A stretch of DNA of 60,000 nucleotides from Camelus dromedarius (Eukaryota): assembly GCF_036321535.1 (NCBI RefSeq), contig NC_087436.1:64792001-64852000 (forward strand), given 5' to 3'. Made by a program: the position numbers and the translations under genes. Of the stretch, positions 11,763-25,714 are shown one piece after another (the first letter of the stretch is position 1; every line of letters starts with the position of its first letter). A model generated the notes under the pieces. It searched no databases, had not been told where the DNA came from, and saw nothing but the letters and a program-made list of their open reading frames with translations.

Positions 11763-13443
11763 GCTGTGTGGTTCAGTCTCCTTTGCCCCCTTTATCTTCC
11801 TAAGTCTTTGGCAATTAAATTTATTTATTCCTTTGCCAGGTGTTGAGACCCCTCCAAGGTCATCTGAAGGGTTCTTTGTTTTATATGGATAGCAACTCTA
11901 ATGCAGTTGACCATTTATCACAAGTTGGATTCTTTGTGATAGCACTTGCTTTGTAGCCAGCAGGCTCAGGGAAAAGTTTTTTGATCATTGTTGTTGTCTA
12001 TAGCTATGCAATCTGTAACAGCAATAGAAATCTTGCAAGTTGAGAAGCCACTGTGGACAGAAGTACCAGATAAATTATTGTTACTCTCATAACAAAAGTG
12101 AAGAGCTAAATTAGGTGATCCAGAAGAAAATCAGAGCACTGTGCTTAAGGATATAATTTTGCATTTCATGGAAGTTGAGAGGTAAACAAAACCTATGTGC
12201 AAAGTAATAGAAAAATAGAGAACTCCCAGAAAATAGAAGTCAGTATTAAAGCATGTGATTTATAGGTCTGCCAGAAGAGACTCTAAGAGTCTCAATTTCA
12301 GTGAACTTATTTGAAAAATCTATTCAGAGATGTGCAATGTAGAGGGCAAGGGAAGAGTGGAATAAAATTGATAGAATCCTTCACCTTCATATGCACAACA
12401 CATGACTTTAAGGCTCAGTAAAAGTGTAGCTGGCATTATTTTAAGTCCATGATATATAAATGAGGCTGTGTTATTGTCATGAGTCCTTATTAAAACTGAC
12501 TAAAATTCACAGTCAGATTAGGTAATTTCAGTTGTTCAATATGAATGCATATTGATTATAGCACCCTTTTTGTCATTGCAGAGGGGAAAAACAATTGGAC
12601 TTGGAGAATGTCCTGGACCTAGGACCTTATGTTTATAAATCCAATTTTCTGTTCATTATGTCCTTCTACATTGTTTTAGTCTTGAACTAGCAGATAAATG
12701 GGTCAAATAAAGGAATGCTTTGTGAGTATATGGATTATGGGAAAAAAATTGTGAGAGAATGAAAAACAAAATCTGACATGGGCAATATATATGATGTGGT
12801 AATAGAGTGTGGCTCAAATATGACAACACATCATAAGATCTCTGATAATTGCAAATACCTAATTTAGTGTGCTGTTTCAGCCTTGTTGTGTTTGAAATAT
12901 GCATAAGAGCATCTTACAAGGTTGACTGTGGTTGGAGGAGCCTAGGTCATCTTTGTCAGTTGCATCTTTTTAATGATATTAAATTCATTAGTTCACCAAG
13001 ACTGATGTGAGAATAAGAAATAATCACAAAATATACTATTTTTATGGTCTGAGATTTTTAGAAGGCTCTTACAGGTGGCTGAAGAAGCAATCTGTCAAAA
13101 GAACTGAGTATTTACTATACTAGAGGCAGTGCGCCACATGAGGAAGTGGGCTACAAACAAAACATATGACCCAGTTAAGACTCTGAAACAACAACCTATC
13201 CTGCTTGAGAAATAAAATCTGAAGCAATAATCAAGAACAATTCAATCTGTGAGATTCAGCCTAGCAGTGCCTAGAATATATTGGCCATCATTAAATGTTG
13301 AATAGGATTCATTCATTCATTCAAAGAGTGGAGACACCACTAGAGTGGGCACATTAGTACATGCCTCCTTTCTTCAGTCTCTCTTGACACCACCACATCC
13401 TTCTAAATATTGGAACACAGGCAGTGAGAATAAGAGGTGGGAG

Positions 13444-13895
13444 TGTTACGGAAACGACAGGCCAGTCAAGAAACAAGCACCACTCGGAGGGTTGGAGTAC
13501 TCAGATGTATTACGCCGGCGGGCTCAGAGGGGCTTCTGCTCCGAAGCTCTGAGCACCTTCAAGATGTGCACATGAGGTTTTATAGGGTAAATACAAGCTT
13601 GGGGTATTCGGCCAATAGGCATGGAACAGCTTTAGCAGCATCATCATCACAAAAGTGGAGGTGGGGAGGCAGCAAACCAACATTCCAAAGCCAGATATGT
13701 ATCTTTGAAAATCCAGCTGGCTAGCAAAAAAACATGAACAGCAAACCAACACTAATTAACCTAGATTTACAAGTTAGTCCAGCAGAACTCAGATCAGTAT
13801 TCCAATACTTAGACTTGTTAGCCCAGCCCAGCCTCTCCTTCACATTCCTAAACTTATAAGTTATCTTGTCAGACCAGCCCAGTTTTTCCTTCACA
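13444..13895 (-). mobile_element. Young gammaretroviral-type (ERV1) solo LTR
   Basis: TG..CA ends; perfect 4-bp TSD ggag (13440-13443 / 13896-13899); minus-strand TATAAAA at 13578-13584; AATACA at 13506-13511; many intact CpGs. Confidence 0.85.
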
Positions 13896-13994
13896 GGAGA
13901 GGTTGCATAGGAGTTGGTGAAGGTGACCTTTTAATAACTCCTCTTTAACTCATTTGTTCTTGGATATATTTCAGTAGAAAATGAAGAATATAGA

Positions 13995-14995
13995 TGGAGG
14001 GGAGGAAAGTGTTGATGGAAAATTAATCAATTTATCTATAAAAGAAATGGAAAGTTTTATTTGAGTCAAATTTGAAGATAATAACCTGGGAAGAGCATCT
14101 CAGAAAACTCTGAGTATTCTTCTGCTCATTAGATGTCAAGGCACAGTTATATAAGGTTTTTGAGACAGAGGGCTGTATGTTAAATGATGTATTATTGACA
14201 GTTTGCACAATCCAGATCTAACTGTCACCATGGCCCCTTACAAGATAAAGAAGAAATGTTATTTTTTTAAGGCGTTGTCTTGTTGATGCTAGGAGAATAT
14301 TGTTCCTTATGGTTTAGCAGGTATTTCTGCTGATGGTGTAGGTTTAGTTGATGCCTAATACAGATACACAATGCCCAGGAGTGGGGAGACAGGAGGCCAA
14401 AGGACATAGAAAATTTTTTATATTTAAATTTCTCTTGTCTTGCCATAAAATATGAATTTTATTTCACAAAAGATAATTTTCCCTCTACCCTGCTGTTCTT
14501 GGCTGAGACCCTTGTATTAAAAGACAGATTAACAAAAGAAAACCAGAGGTTTATTAATACGTACAACTCAGGTACGCCTGTAAGATACCCAGGAAAAAGT
14601 GAGTAACTCTCTGAGGTGGCTTTGAACTCAAGATTGAGTATAATTTTCACCTAAAAATAAAAGAAATGCATGTGTTTGGGGGAGGTCAAATATGGAGAGA
14701 TTAACAGAAAATCTCAGTAAATAAAGATAACATTTGTTATGAAGATTTAAGTAGGTGTCTTCTCCATTGAAAAGATTCTCTTGTGACTTAGAGTCATCCT
14801 TCTCTTCCTGGTGTAGAGAGAGACACCCATACAAATGGAGATTTCCTATATAAATGCAAATTTCTCTTTCAAAAGGGTGCCTTCTATTATTTTTCAGAGC
14901 TTTTCCTGTATCTGCTGTTTCCCAAAATAATTAGCTCAAAATAATGCTTATACCAAAGAGGTATAATTTGGGGTGGCATATTCTGCTATCCTTTA
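13995..14995 (-). mobile_element. ERV1 solo LTR (MER34-like), interrupted by a second LTR
   Basis: Homologous to 7383-7917; near-TSD taga/tata; the left terminus tggaggggagg is separated from the body by the 14010-14468 insert. Confidence 0.75.
14010..14468 (-). mobile_element. ERV1-type solo LTR nested in another LTR
   Basis: tgttga..ttcaca ends; perfect TSD aaag (14006-14009 / 14469-14472); minus-strand AATAAA at 14056-14061. Confidence 0.8.
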
Positions 14996-17196
14996 TATAA
15001 GAATAATTTGCTTACATAATTATAGAAGAAAATTTAAAATTGCACTTATCTTAATTTCATGAATTTTGTGTATTTTGGGGAATATACAGGAAAGGTGTAT
15101 GAAAGGTATCAGGCAGTTAATTGATACAAATACTTCCCCCCTCAATTTTATGTATGGGCTACAATCAACTTTTTGAAAGTTGCTAGTTTATTTTTCTTAA
15201 ATAGAGTCCCCCAAATTATATGAGTTCAGGTCTCATAAAACTTTTATCCATCCCTGATAAATATTTAGCAATAATAATTTAAAAAATAAACATGAACTCT
15301 TAGTCACTTGATCAGATATAAGTTATAATAGTATTTCTGGCATAGTTTTCTATCAGGCTTGTGATAATGAGCCTATAAGTATTAACTGACTCACAAATGA
15401 CAAAAGGGGCCACTGAAGCTAGCAGGGAAGTTATTTGCTAGGGTCATGAGATAGGACAAATGCCATAAAAATAGAAGTGTTATGAATATCATGTGGGTAA
15501 TGATAACCTATACAAAATTTTTACATATTGTATGGGAAAATCTTAGTATAGGACAGATACACTGGTATCTATAAAAATAGAATTATTTGAATTCTTAGAC
15601 ATCATCTTATTTGGAAAAAATGACTTTCATATTTTTTCTTCATAAGGGTTCATCAATGCTCAAAGGTCAGAGCCTTTGAAATTGCTCAGCAGATTTGTTA
15701 ATGGAAATTCTCTCATACTTACAATATTTTTCCAAAAGAATATTTCAAAAACAAAAAAATTCTGTAAGAACGTTCCTGGATAGAGTATGGTGTGATGTGT
15801 ACATGTTTTAGTAGTGGTAAACACATCAGACTCTTAAAATGAGACAAATATAATATCAAGGTATTTATATTTTTAATTTGCATTTCTAAATACTGTAATT
15901 TTTGATTAACGTGATATTTTGAAATATGAATCTGCATCTACAGATGTGATTGTCTCACCTGACATTGCCTCCCAATGATAGTTCTTCAACTTCCATTTCT
16001 TCAAAGAAGACTTTCTGACTGACCCTCTTTAACTTTCTCTCCTCTGAAATCTTATGTTACTTATTGTTTTACAAATACTCTTTATAAATTATTCAACACT
16101 GCTATCTAAATTCTTCATTTTTCAACTCTAATCTCCCCAGTTAGCTTTTAATTTCTATCAAGACACGATCTGTGTCTTTTGACTTCTTGGTACTGCTCAC
16201 AGTAATATGTGAAGTAATTAAGATTTAATGTGATTGAATTTAATTTACTTTGATGTAGAGTCCAATGGATTTTTTTCCAACCAGATGATATGAGATTTTT
16301 ATCCATTAAAAATATGCAATTATTACTAATTTCAGCCCTTTACACTTATCTAAAGGAGGAATTAAGACATGTTATATTTTGGAGTCTTGAGATACATTTC
16401 ATATGCTCTTCATCTAATTACTTTTCATATTCTACAAATTCCAGCCATAAAATACCATATGCAATTGTCTCAGCTCAGATTTACTATAAATCCTTGCTCC
16501 ACAAGAAACCATGTATTTATATATTCATGAAAAACATATCAATAGATATAGGAGAAAGGACATACTAATAAACTTTTATTACTTAAGCAAGAGATGATAA
16601 TGTTATCAGGCCAGATTTCAGTACTGAATAAATGTGATAACTCCAGATAAAGGGGCTCTGACTCCTGGTGTACTGCCCCTTCTAGCCATAATTCAGCTAC
16701 TCTCTTCAAGCATTTAAAAATACATACACATTTAAAACAGTTTAAGGTTTATGTAACCAGTTTGTTGAGCTGTTTTTTAACAATTCAATTGTTAAAAAAA
16801 AAAAACAGTCTTATTTTCTTCATTCACATCTTTAGCTGTGCTCTAACATATCTCCATTTCCATTCCCTTAAATAATATTTGAAAAAAAGAGTCTCTATTC
16901 CCAGTCACTCTCACTTACTATAACCAACCCAGTTAGAAAATTGAATCTTAAACTCTTTTTAAATCTCATCTGCCCACCTCTGCTTAGAGCAATCCAAATT
17001 CCTGGCTCTAGCACCTGAAGGGGGCACTGAGGAGCAATGTCTGACTCTGGGACATGTCCTCCACCTCTCTCTTTCAGGTCCGCATTTTTTTTCTGTCAGG
17101 ACTTGATTGTACAGCTTAGGGGACAAGATTAATCTGATTATTTCAGAGGGAAGTGATAAAATCCTCTCTTTTTGGCTATAAAGTTTCTCAGCCAGA

Positions 17197-17672
17197 TGGC
17201 ACTGGATTGAGTAGTGACCCCCCAAAATGTGTCCAATTCCTAGCCGCTGGTAACTGTGAATGTGACCATATTTGGATATAGGGTGCTTGCAGATGTAATT
17301 AATTTCAGGATCTCGAGATGAGATCATTCTGCATTTATAGGATGGTCACTAAATCCAATGATGAGCATCCTTACAAAGAAAAGAAAAGAAAAAGAAAAAC
17401 GCACAGATATATACAGAGAGGTCATGTGAAGATGAAGACAGAGATTGGAGTTCTATGTCTACAAGCCAAGGAACATCGAGTTGTTGAGAGCCACCAGATA
17501 CTAGAGAGAGGCATGGAATGAATCCTTCCTCAAAGCCTCCAGAAGGAACCAACACTTTAGACACCTTGATTTTGGACTTGTAGACTCCAGAACTGTGTGG
17601 TAATGAATTTCTAATGTTTTAAACCACCTAATTTGTTGTAATATACCATGACAGCCGTAGGAAACTACTACA
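17197..17672 (+). mobile_element. MaLR LTR MLT1C-like
   Basis: ctgtgaatgtgaccatatttgga..ttgcagatgtaatt, catgtgaagatgaagacagagattggagt, cctccagaaggaaccaac..gacaccttgattttggactt, ending ggaaactactaca. Confidence 0.85.
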
Positions 17673-20600
17673 GACTTGTTCTTGAAGTCTGTGTGAGGCA
17701 GACGTCCACACGTTTGCCCTGTTGGTTTGTATATGCGAGTTCTTAAGAGAACCCTCTGCAGTCTCCCACTGAAATTTCCCTGATCTGAAAGGTCAGCCTT
17801 GAGCTCAAATTTCCCTCCTCCTCTTAACCCCTGTAGCAGGTAGTATATCCAAAAGTTTGTGCTGCTGTCATCCTCTTGCTTTGAGGTCAGTCCTCATTTA
17901 TTGTTTATTGGCAAGATAACTCTGACATTCTGTTGTGTTCCCCTGATCTCTGGGAAACTCACAGATTCTCAACATGATAAATGTTGATAAATACTGAAAA
18001 CAGGTCACTGTATTCCTTTCACTTTTGTACCTTTCTCTAATTTTCTTGTCCTGCTCTGAGGAGTCTGGTGCCTAACAGACAACTAACTTAGAGAATGATA
18101 TGCCAGCCCTCTTTCCTGCAGGAATTCCATTTCTAAGAGTACTGCATGGTTTCAGATTTTTTGAGGAGCAGCACCCCTTTCCCTGCTCAGAGGGAGGTTA
18201 ATTTTTCTCCAAGAGCTTACAGCTTCTACAAGAAAAAGAGCCTAGTGTCTTTCTCTCTCACTCCACATTGACCCACACTCTTTCTCAGATTGGGAAAGAA
18301 GATGGAATGGAAGCTGGTGGTAGAGGTGAGGCTGGTTCCCCAACCCATAATTACTTCAGGAGTAGGTAACCATGTTTGCCCTCAGCTGATGACCTACTTT
18401 CCTTAAAATGTTGGGTAGTTAGTACCTCTTTGTCTTCAACTTTAGATGCTGGTCACTGATTTGGGGGCATTGAAAGACATTTCACTCAATGACTTTACAC
18501 ATTCTTTACATGAAATTCCTCCACTAGTTATTAAATGTTTATGGGTTTGAATCTGTAATGAGAAAAAGCAATGAGCAAGATTTGATTTTACTATTTGATC
18601 TCTAACTGAACTTTTCAATTTACTTTTTTGTTAAATAAGAGAACTAGACTAAAATCAGATGTTCAAATGATTTTAGGAGCTAGAAGGGAAAATAAAGGTA
18701 TAAAGCAGTCATTGGAAATGAGGGGCTGTGACCAACTTGAGTGACAATACATACCTGAGATGTTGACATTGTTTGCTAAGCCAATTATAGCAGGTCTTCT
18801 GGAAGCCAGTTATTGACCTCTGCTAGATGAACTTTAATGTCCATTTCACTTATAATTGTCCAGCCATCTGTTCTCTATGCCATTGAGACAATATATGAGG
18901 CCATTTTTTCTCTTGTCACAATGATTGGGAGGGGGTGCTACTAGTCTTTCTAGTGAGAAGGGACCAAAAATATTATATAGGCAGTTCTCCTTTGTTCCGC
19001 ATGATTTTCAAATGGCACATGAGGCATTTATGCAGGAAAAAAATTCTGTCCATGTTTATTTGATTAGAAACTCTGTTCTGTTTTTTAAAGACAGACATAT
19101 AGATAAATATAGATTTCTTGCATAGTTTTATAGATATGTTTTCCCAGAAATATATGTTACTGTGTCTATTGAGGGATTATTGTATTTTGTTTAAACTTTT
19201 ACACAGCACTATCTAGTACTCTTTCGGAAAATAATTTCAGCAATAGCAAGTTGATTATAGAATTTGAGTTCCCAGTGCTTCACACCTGAGTCAGGTAGCA
19301 TTTGTAGTCCTGCATTTGTGTAATGTGTGCAATTATGCAGACAGAGGCCAGCATTGGACTATTTCACAAAATCGTCTCATGTAGCTGTGCCTGAGAGTGT
19401 ACATATCGAACTTCAGATTTTCATCCTAAGAAATTGCTTTTTTATTATTTATACTTAAATAGTGGATAGGGCATTATATAAATTTTTTTTTAAAAAGCTA
19501 TGTGTTGGTGGATCTTCATAACGATGATCTTTTTTGGGGGGTGAGAGAGCATGTATTACAAAATGTTTGCTATAAAAATGGAAAGTTGGTTTGATAGCAC
19601 TGATATATACCTACTTCTCGAGATCAATAAAATCCTAAAGGTCATCAAAATTCTGGAGTTCAAAAATTTCAGGTTTAAAAAAGCCTGGTATTAAATGTAA
19701 CACAGTAAAAACATCAACAAAACAGTGACTTCTGAAGACATTATTCATTTGTTGGTTCCCTAAATAGATGTTTTCAGCTCTGGATTTAATATGAGAGAAG
19801 TACAGCACCCTAAATATTGCCTACAGCTATTTTTGGATATTTCCAAAGTCATTTTTTGTCATGATTAAATTATTTATGAGCCTGAGGATGTTTTAAAATT
19901 CAAGCTATTAAGTTGGCTAAACTCAGTGTTAAATGGCAAAGCATCTTCAACACTGTAAAGAGAATGGATCATTTAATTTTCAAATGTTTTATCTTTCTAG
20001 TTGAATTTTTAATTAGTCGGCACACACTGAAAAAGGTGAAAATATTAATGAGATAGCAATAGATTTTTAATAGAATGAGGTCAAATATCATCATATATAC
20101 ATGTACATATGTTACAGAGAAAATTCTCATTAGGCAAGATAATTTTCACTTGTCACAGAAATTTCCCAAAGAAACCATAAATGTGGCATAAAATTGCAGG
20201 AAGCCACTTATCTGATCATTCCACTATCTGTTTTTTACTCCCTTTGGTCTATAAAGGAATCTCACTTTTTGCATCTTTAAGTCCCTTTAATTACAACTGA
20301 AAAATAAAGAGAGTGAGAGTAGTTTCTACTACAACTTTTAAACTTAAAGTCTGCTTATTCTAGAAACATAGGGTGAGCACTTGATACAGTCAAAGGACGT
20401 GTAGATGTTGCTAGGGATAGAAAGTGTGGGACAGGGTTTATACCTGTTATTTTTCCCCATTATTCTGCGATGATAGAAAATAGTTAATTTGCATTTAAAA
20501 AATTTACATATTCTTTACTTTGTTACATTTACTGAGTTGGGCAACAAAATTAAGGTGACTTTTAGGATAGGCATTTCTGTATCTTCTTTCTCCCTGTTTT

Positions 20601-21589
20601 GTAATTTTGTTATTTTGATTTTCATTTCCTTCATAAAGTTATGTATCTGTGATATAAATGTCTAAATTTGGAGACTGAAATAAAACCCAGGTTGATACTA
20701 CATATGAGCAGGAGAACAATCCAGAAGAAATACCTTTGTATTGTTCATAACTGTTTCTGATCTGGACTATAATTATTAAGGGGATCTACTAACAGAAGGT
20801 TGTTTGGCAGAGGATGTAACCACAGTGTTCTAGAACACACAAATTGCTCCTCAAGGTAGCAACCTAGCTTGAAGAAACTTACAACTGTCATGTCACTGAG
20901 AGGTGCTAACCCTAAAGTTTAGAGCCGAAATTGTATGCAATGTTTTAAGCATTTTTTCTGCGTGTGTGTGTATATGTGTCTGTATGTGTTTGTGATTTTT
21001 GAGGGGAGGGATTTGGCCCTCCAGATTCTAAAATATGATGATCTCTGACCCTCTAAACCTTAAGATTGCCTGAAACCTCAGCTGCCTGCCTCTAGCTAAT
21101 TCTATAAGAAAAGATTTGGTTTCCTCTCTACTTTAAATATTTCACCGAATAAATGAATTATCCTACCCTTTAACTGATAGAGGCAATACCTTGTTTTGGT
21201 CATGAAATCCACTAACACTATTGGCTTTGACAGGCTCTGCTCAAATAAAGACTAGTTCCACTTCATTTTTAAAGCCATTCAATTTCATCCAAGTGACATT
21301 CCTGAAAGCTGTACATTTCATTTGTGCATTCTAGTGAGTTAATTTGGTAAGCTTAATTAGCTTATCTGTAGTCAAAGATAACATGACATTTATATGACTC
21401 TAGACTGTGGAGTAGGATTGGGTTCTTCCTGCCTGGGTTACAACCTGGACTTTATTTGAATGACATCAGATACCAAATTGAGTGTGAGACAAATCTACCC
21501 TTGGAGATTTAAAAGAAACTGATTAAGAATCTACTCTTTTATTTCTGGAACACCCTCACATACTTAGGGACTACACAGGAGGATCACGT

Positions 21590-22660
21590 GTGCAGAGAGG
21601 ATTTTATGGAAGGGATTAGTAAAGATATTCCTCTGGAGAGAGCTGTTGCCCTGCTTGGCTGTTTTGAGGGAGAGGCATTAGGAGGGGAGTTTCTTTCCAA
21701 CCCCAAGCCTGAAGAGGGTGAGCATCTAGGCTCACAGTTGGAAATCTTTGAAAGAGTCAGGAAACTTTGATTACTTGTGCCTGACCCAAACAAAGCAAGG
21801 AAAAGGAGAATGAGTTCTGAAATCTTTCCTGTACAGGAAATCCAGAGGAAGAGAGAAGCACTGTGGAACAGCTTTGGTGGCTGCATTGGGATAGGCTCAC
21901 CATCTTTAAGACTGTCAAAGAAAAAGAGGTGTGATTGTTTCTGGTGAACCAGGTGTGGACTGTGCTATGATGACTTGTGGGGAGGGGCTTTCCATTAGGG
22001 ATCTTGGGAGGAATCCATGAGGGCTGAAGTGTACTCTGGGTGCCCTGAGACTAGGGCAGGGTCAGAAGGGTCCATGTGTAGCAGAGACAGATCAACCTAG
22101 GACAAGGGCATTTCAGGTAAGGTGAAGGAGCATAGAATCATTTTGAAAATCATAAAATCAAGATCAAGAGAGAAATAGTCACCTTTGATATCTGCTAGGC
22201 ACACTGAAGGCACCCAGATGTTTACCCATCTACTCTGCCCAGATAGCACAAAGCCACCTGGTCAGGTAAATCTGGTAAGAAGTCAAGCCGAAACGGCAGC
22301 TTGCAAGCATAGGAAGAGAAGCTAATGGAGAGAAGTACCAGGCAGCACACTCATCCCCCTCCTTGAGCTTTTAACTGGGGGGAAGAGAGATTTCAAACAA
22401 CAAGATTGGAGTGTTTGAAGGTCTTATAGAAGATATTCTAATTACTGAAATGAAATATTATTTGCAAATTAAAGTGATTGTATTATGATCTATTCCCTAG
22501 GAATGTGCAAAAAAAAAAAAAAAAAAAAAGCCTTGGGACCTACCTGAGCTTCCATTCAGGGCTACAGGAAGGTAGTATGTTTAAAGGGATGGTGGGCGAG
22601 TGGAAGAAAGTTGTGTTTTATTCAGGTCTCAAGTTCTGTTTGTTCATCATACTAGTTACA
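21590..22660 (+). mobile_element. Ancient LTR (LTR78-like)
   Basis: Purine-rich, about 1.1 kb, ending aaagttgtgttttatt..tgttcatcatactagttaca like LTR78 3' ends. Left boundary uncertain. Confidence 0.4.
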
Positions 22661-25544
22661 CTACTTAAATGGAATCCAGGCAATTAGTACTCGTATTGAA
22701 AACTGACTCTTTTCTTATGCAACATACTTTTTTTTTTTTTTTTTTTTTTACAGTACCATAGATGACTAGATGGGTAGAGTCAAATAGTACTTAGCTTTCA
22801 AGGGACACATTTTAGTCTCCATCATTTCCACTATTAAAGAAATTAAGTCATGTGTGCTTAATCCTTGATGTGTGTGCTATCCTGTTTCAGGTTATGATAT
22901 AGTCCATTTAGAAACTTAGTGATTCTCAGAAGAATTTGGGTACCACTTCTGTTACTGAGAGTGTTTCATCCGGCGTCAATATTCATGACTCCACACCATT
23001 ATGTTTCCCATGTCACTCACTGGAGATGAGAAAACTCTGATTTTTCGAGACAGACTGTCTGAAAGTCATAATGTGAAACTGCCTTCTAAATGAGTTCACC
23101 TAAATCATTCACTATCAGATTTTAGTGATTTTCTCATGACTGTTTATCAGGCTCTCTGAACTCCCAAATGACACTTTAATTAATTGTTCCTCCTTTAGTG
23201 GCTCGTTTTCTGTCAGGTCTCTTTCCTTAGAGTACTATTTCAGCCCTGTATGGCAGAAAGGCTGTCTGAGAGTTCAGTATTGTTCAGTGTAGCCTGGGAT
23301 TATTTAAGAACGTTACCTTGATGATGATGATGTCACTCAGGTACTTGGCCTACAAGGAACTAGCCCAATTTCACTTATTTCATTTTAATGGGTCCCCTTG
23401 GCTTTGAGACTATAAACTAAAATACCATCACAGTCTCCTCCAGCCATCTCAAACTTAATTATTCCACTCCAGGAAACTGTCTGATGGCCCTGCAGAGACC
23501 TACTTTTGCTCTAAAATGCAATCCCTTATTGTGTGACAAAATTACCTTCGTTTCACATTCTTTTTCTTTTTTTAATTTATTTACAAACAACATGGAAAAA
23601 CTGCTCTCAGCACAACTTAATAGGTGATTACCACAAATTCGATTTCAACGATTTAGATTGGCTGTTTGGTGGGGTTTTCTTTTGATTCTTTCCTATGGAA
23701 TCACGATGACTTTGTAAATACCATGCCAAGCACTAGGCCTGGTGGGTAATGTGGTGTAAATTGTGAGGATCGCTGACTCAAATCTTTTCCCCTACTGAGT
23801 TTTGATATTATTTATTAGATTTCGTAGCTTAGATGACACATCTTATATGCCCATCTCTACCAATATCTTTTTTGCTGCTTCGAGCAAATTTAGTTTGCTA
23901 AACTAAAATTTCTATGTGATTTCACAGAAAGCAGGAGAGCAGCAGAGACACATAGTAAGAGAAAGAGCCAGAGAGATCAGAGATTTACAGATGTCATTTG
24001 CAATACACAGGTATCTATGAAAATGAGGATGGTCACTAACACACTTGATGGGTGAAATTTTTTGTTTTGAATTTTCTGTTTACCATATGAAATAATAATA
24101 ATGTGAATATTTTTGCAATTTGAATAATAACCAAGAAAAATTCAGTTTATAGTCAAAAAGAAGGTGGAACTGAAAGCCAGAAACTCTGTAATATTATATA
24201 GAATATTTGGGCACTATTCAGCAGTGTGGTCTACAGGGACTAACAGGAAACTTATTTCTTGCTTCTGTCTCAAAAGCAAAGACAAAGAGGTAGCCCATGC
24301 ATGTGCTGTGTTTCCTATTAATAACATTTTCTTCCTGTTGCTAGTCTTAAGCTTCAGAAAAAAAAATAGTGAGGTGAGAGAAAGAAAGTGGGAGAGCGTG
24401 GCTTTATTATACTTTATGCATGCAAGTAGTTTTAAATTTCGTCCTTTTCAGTCTAATGCTCTCATCTCTGCAAGAACATAAATGCATGAGAATCAATATG
24501 CTCCAGTCAACAGATGAAGTGATGAAATATAACTGAAGAAAAGGGACCCCCATCATGCACAAGCTTTATAGACATTTAATTCCCTACGTGGATGGGATGT
24601 TTACTTCCCTGGACCGCCACTTCACACACAACAAGAATTAGATTTTCCTCAGTCTGAGCTTGCAATCCTACTTCACTTAACAACTGTGGAATTGAGAAAG
24701 ACAAACAGATGCAGGGACAGACGACATTTGCAAAAAGAGCCAGAATGAAGGTGAATTCTACTTGTTTATTTTGGGTTTGAGAGAATGTGGAGGCAAAGAG
24801 ATTGAATTTACACACACAAAAACCACAAACACTTTTTTCTAAAACTCATTTTAGTTTATCCTCCTTAAACAAACTGAAAATATTTAGCAAAGCTCTGTCT
24901 TAGTCCCAGTGACCACTTTTAAATTGCCAGATGGTCAGGGGAGAATTGGTGAGCATGGCAAAGACTGACAAGTCACTACAGACAGAGCAGATAGATGCAG
25001 GTTTCATATAATCTATTGCCTCGACATGAAAGTTACCTCATAAAATGAGTTACTATACTTTACAGGCACATGGAAAAGCATATAAGTATTCATAGATGTT
25101 ATTTGATTAGCCTTAGAGATAAACAAAATCTAACATTAAGATCGCATGAAGTAATGCTGATTTAAATTATCTTCCTAATTGAAGGCTAATGTACCAAAAC
25201 ATAAAGCCTATATATTGTTACTACATATGTAAAGAATATAGCTCCTATTCAAAGGGAACTAAATGTAAAAATGAGACAATAGTCCTGAAAGAAATTTGAA
25301 AATGTTTAGAAAGCTATGTAAACCTATAGTTTTGTTTTTTTGTTTTGATCATAATAAATTTTATCCTCTTACTACTCTTCCAAAGAGATTATTTTCCATA
25401 TTCAACAAAGTAAAAATTATATTTTTAAGCAAGTGCCTTTCTATTATGAGGACTGATTTATTCAACAAATACTAATTAATGGCACTTAGTGCTGTGTGAC
25501 TAGGTTTGCTTTATTCCTTGTCTGTCAAATGGAAGACTTTTAGG

Positions 25545-25714
25545 CAGGGCAGATACAGATTTTGTGGTATCTGAAGTTTCTAAAATTTTTAAAGAAATGA
25601 TGTACAAAATTAAAAACAGAACTACAGGGACCCTTCCCAGGGTTCTGGAAGGGGTGTGGTCTAATGAGGACCCTAAAATTTAAGCTGTTAGCTTCAGAGT
25701 TATTCTTACCATGG
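25545..25714 (+). mobile_element. MER53-like non-autonomous DNA transposon
   Basis: gggcagatacagattttgtggtatctgaag..tacaaaatta..tggaagggg..tgaggaccctaaaatttaagct..ttagcttca matches the recalled MER53 consensus. Confidence 0.6.
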
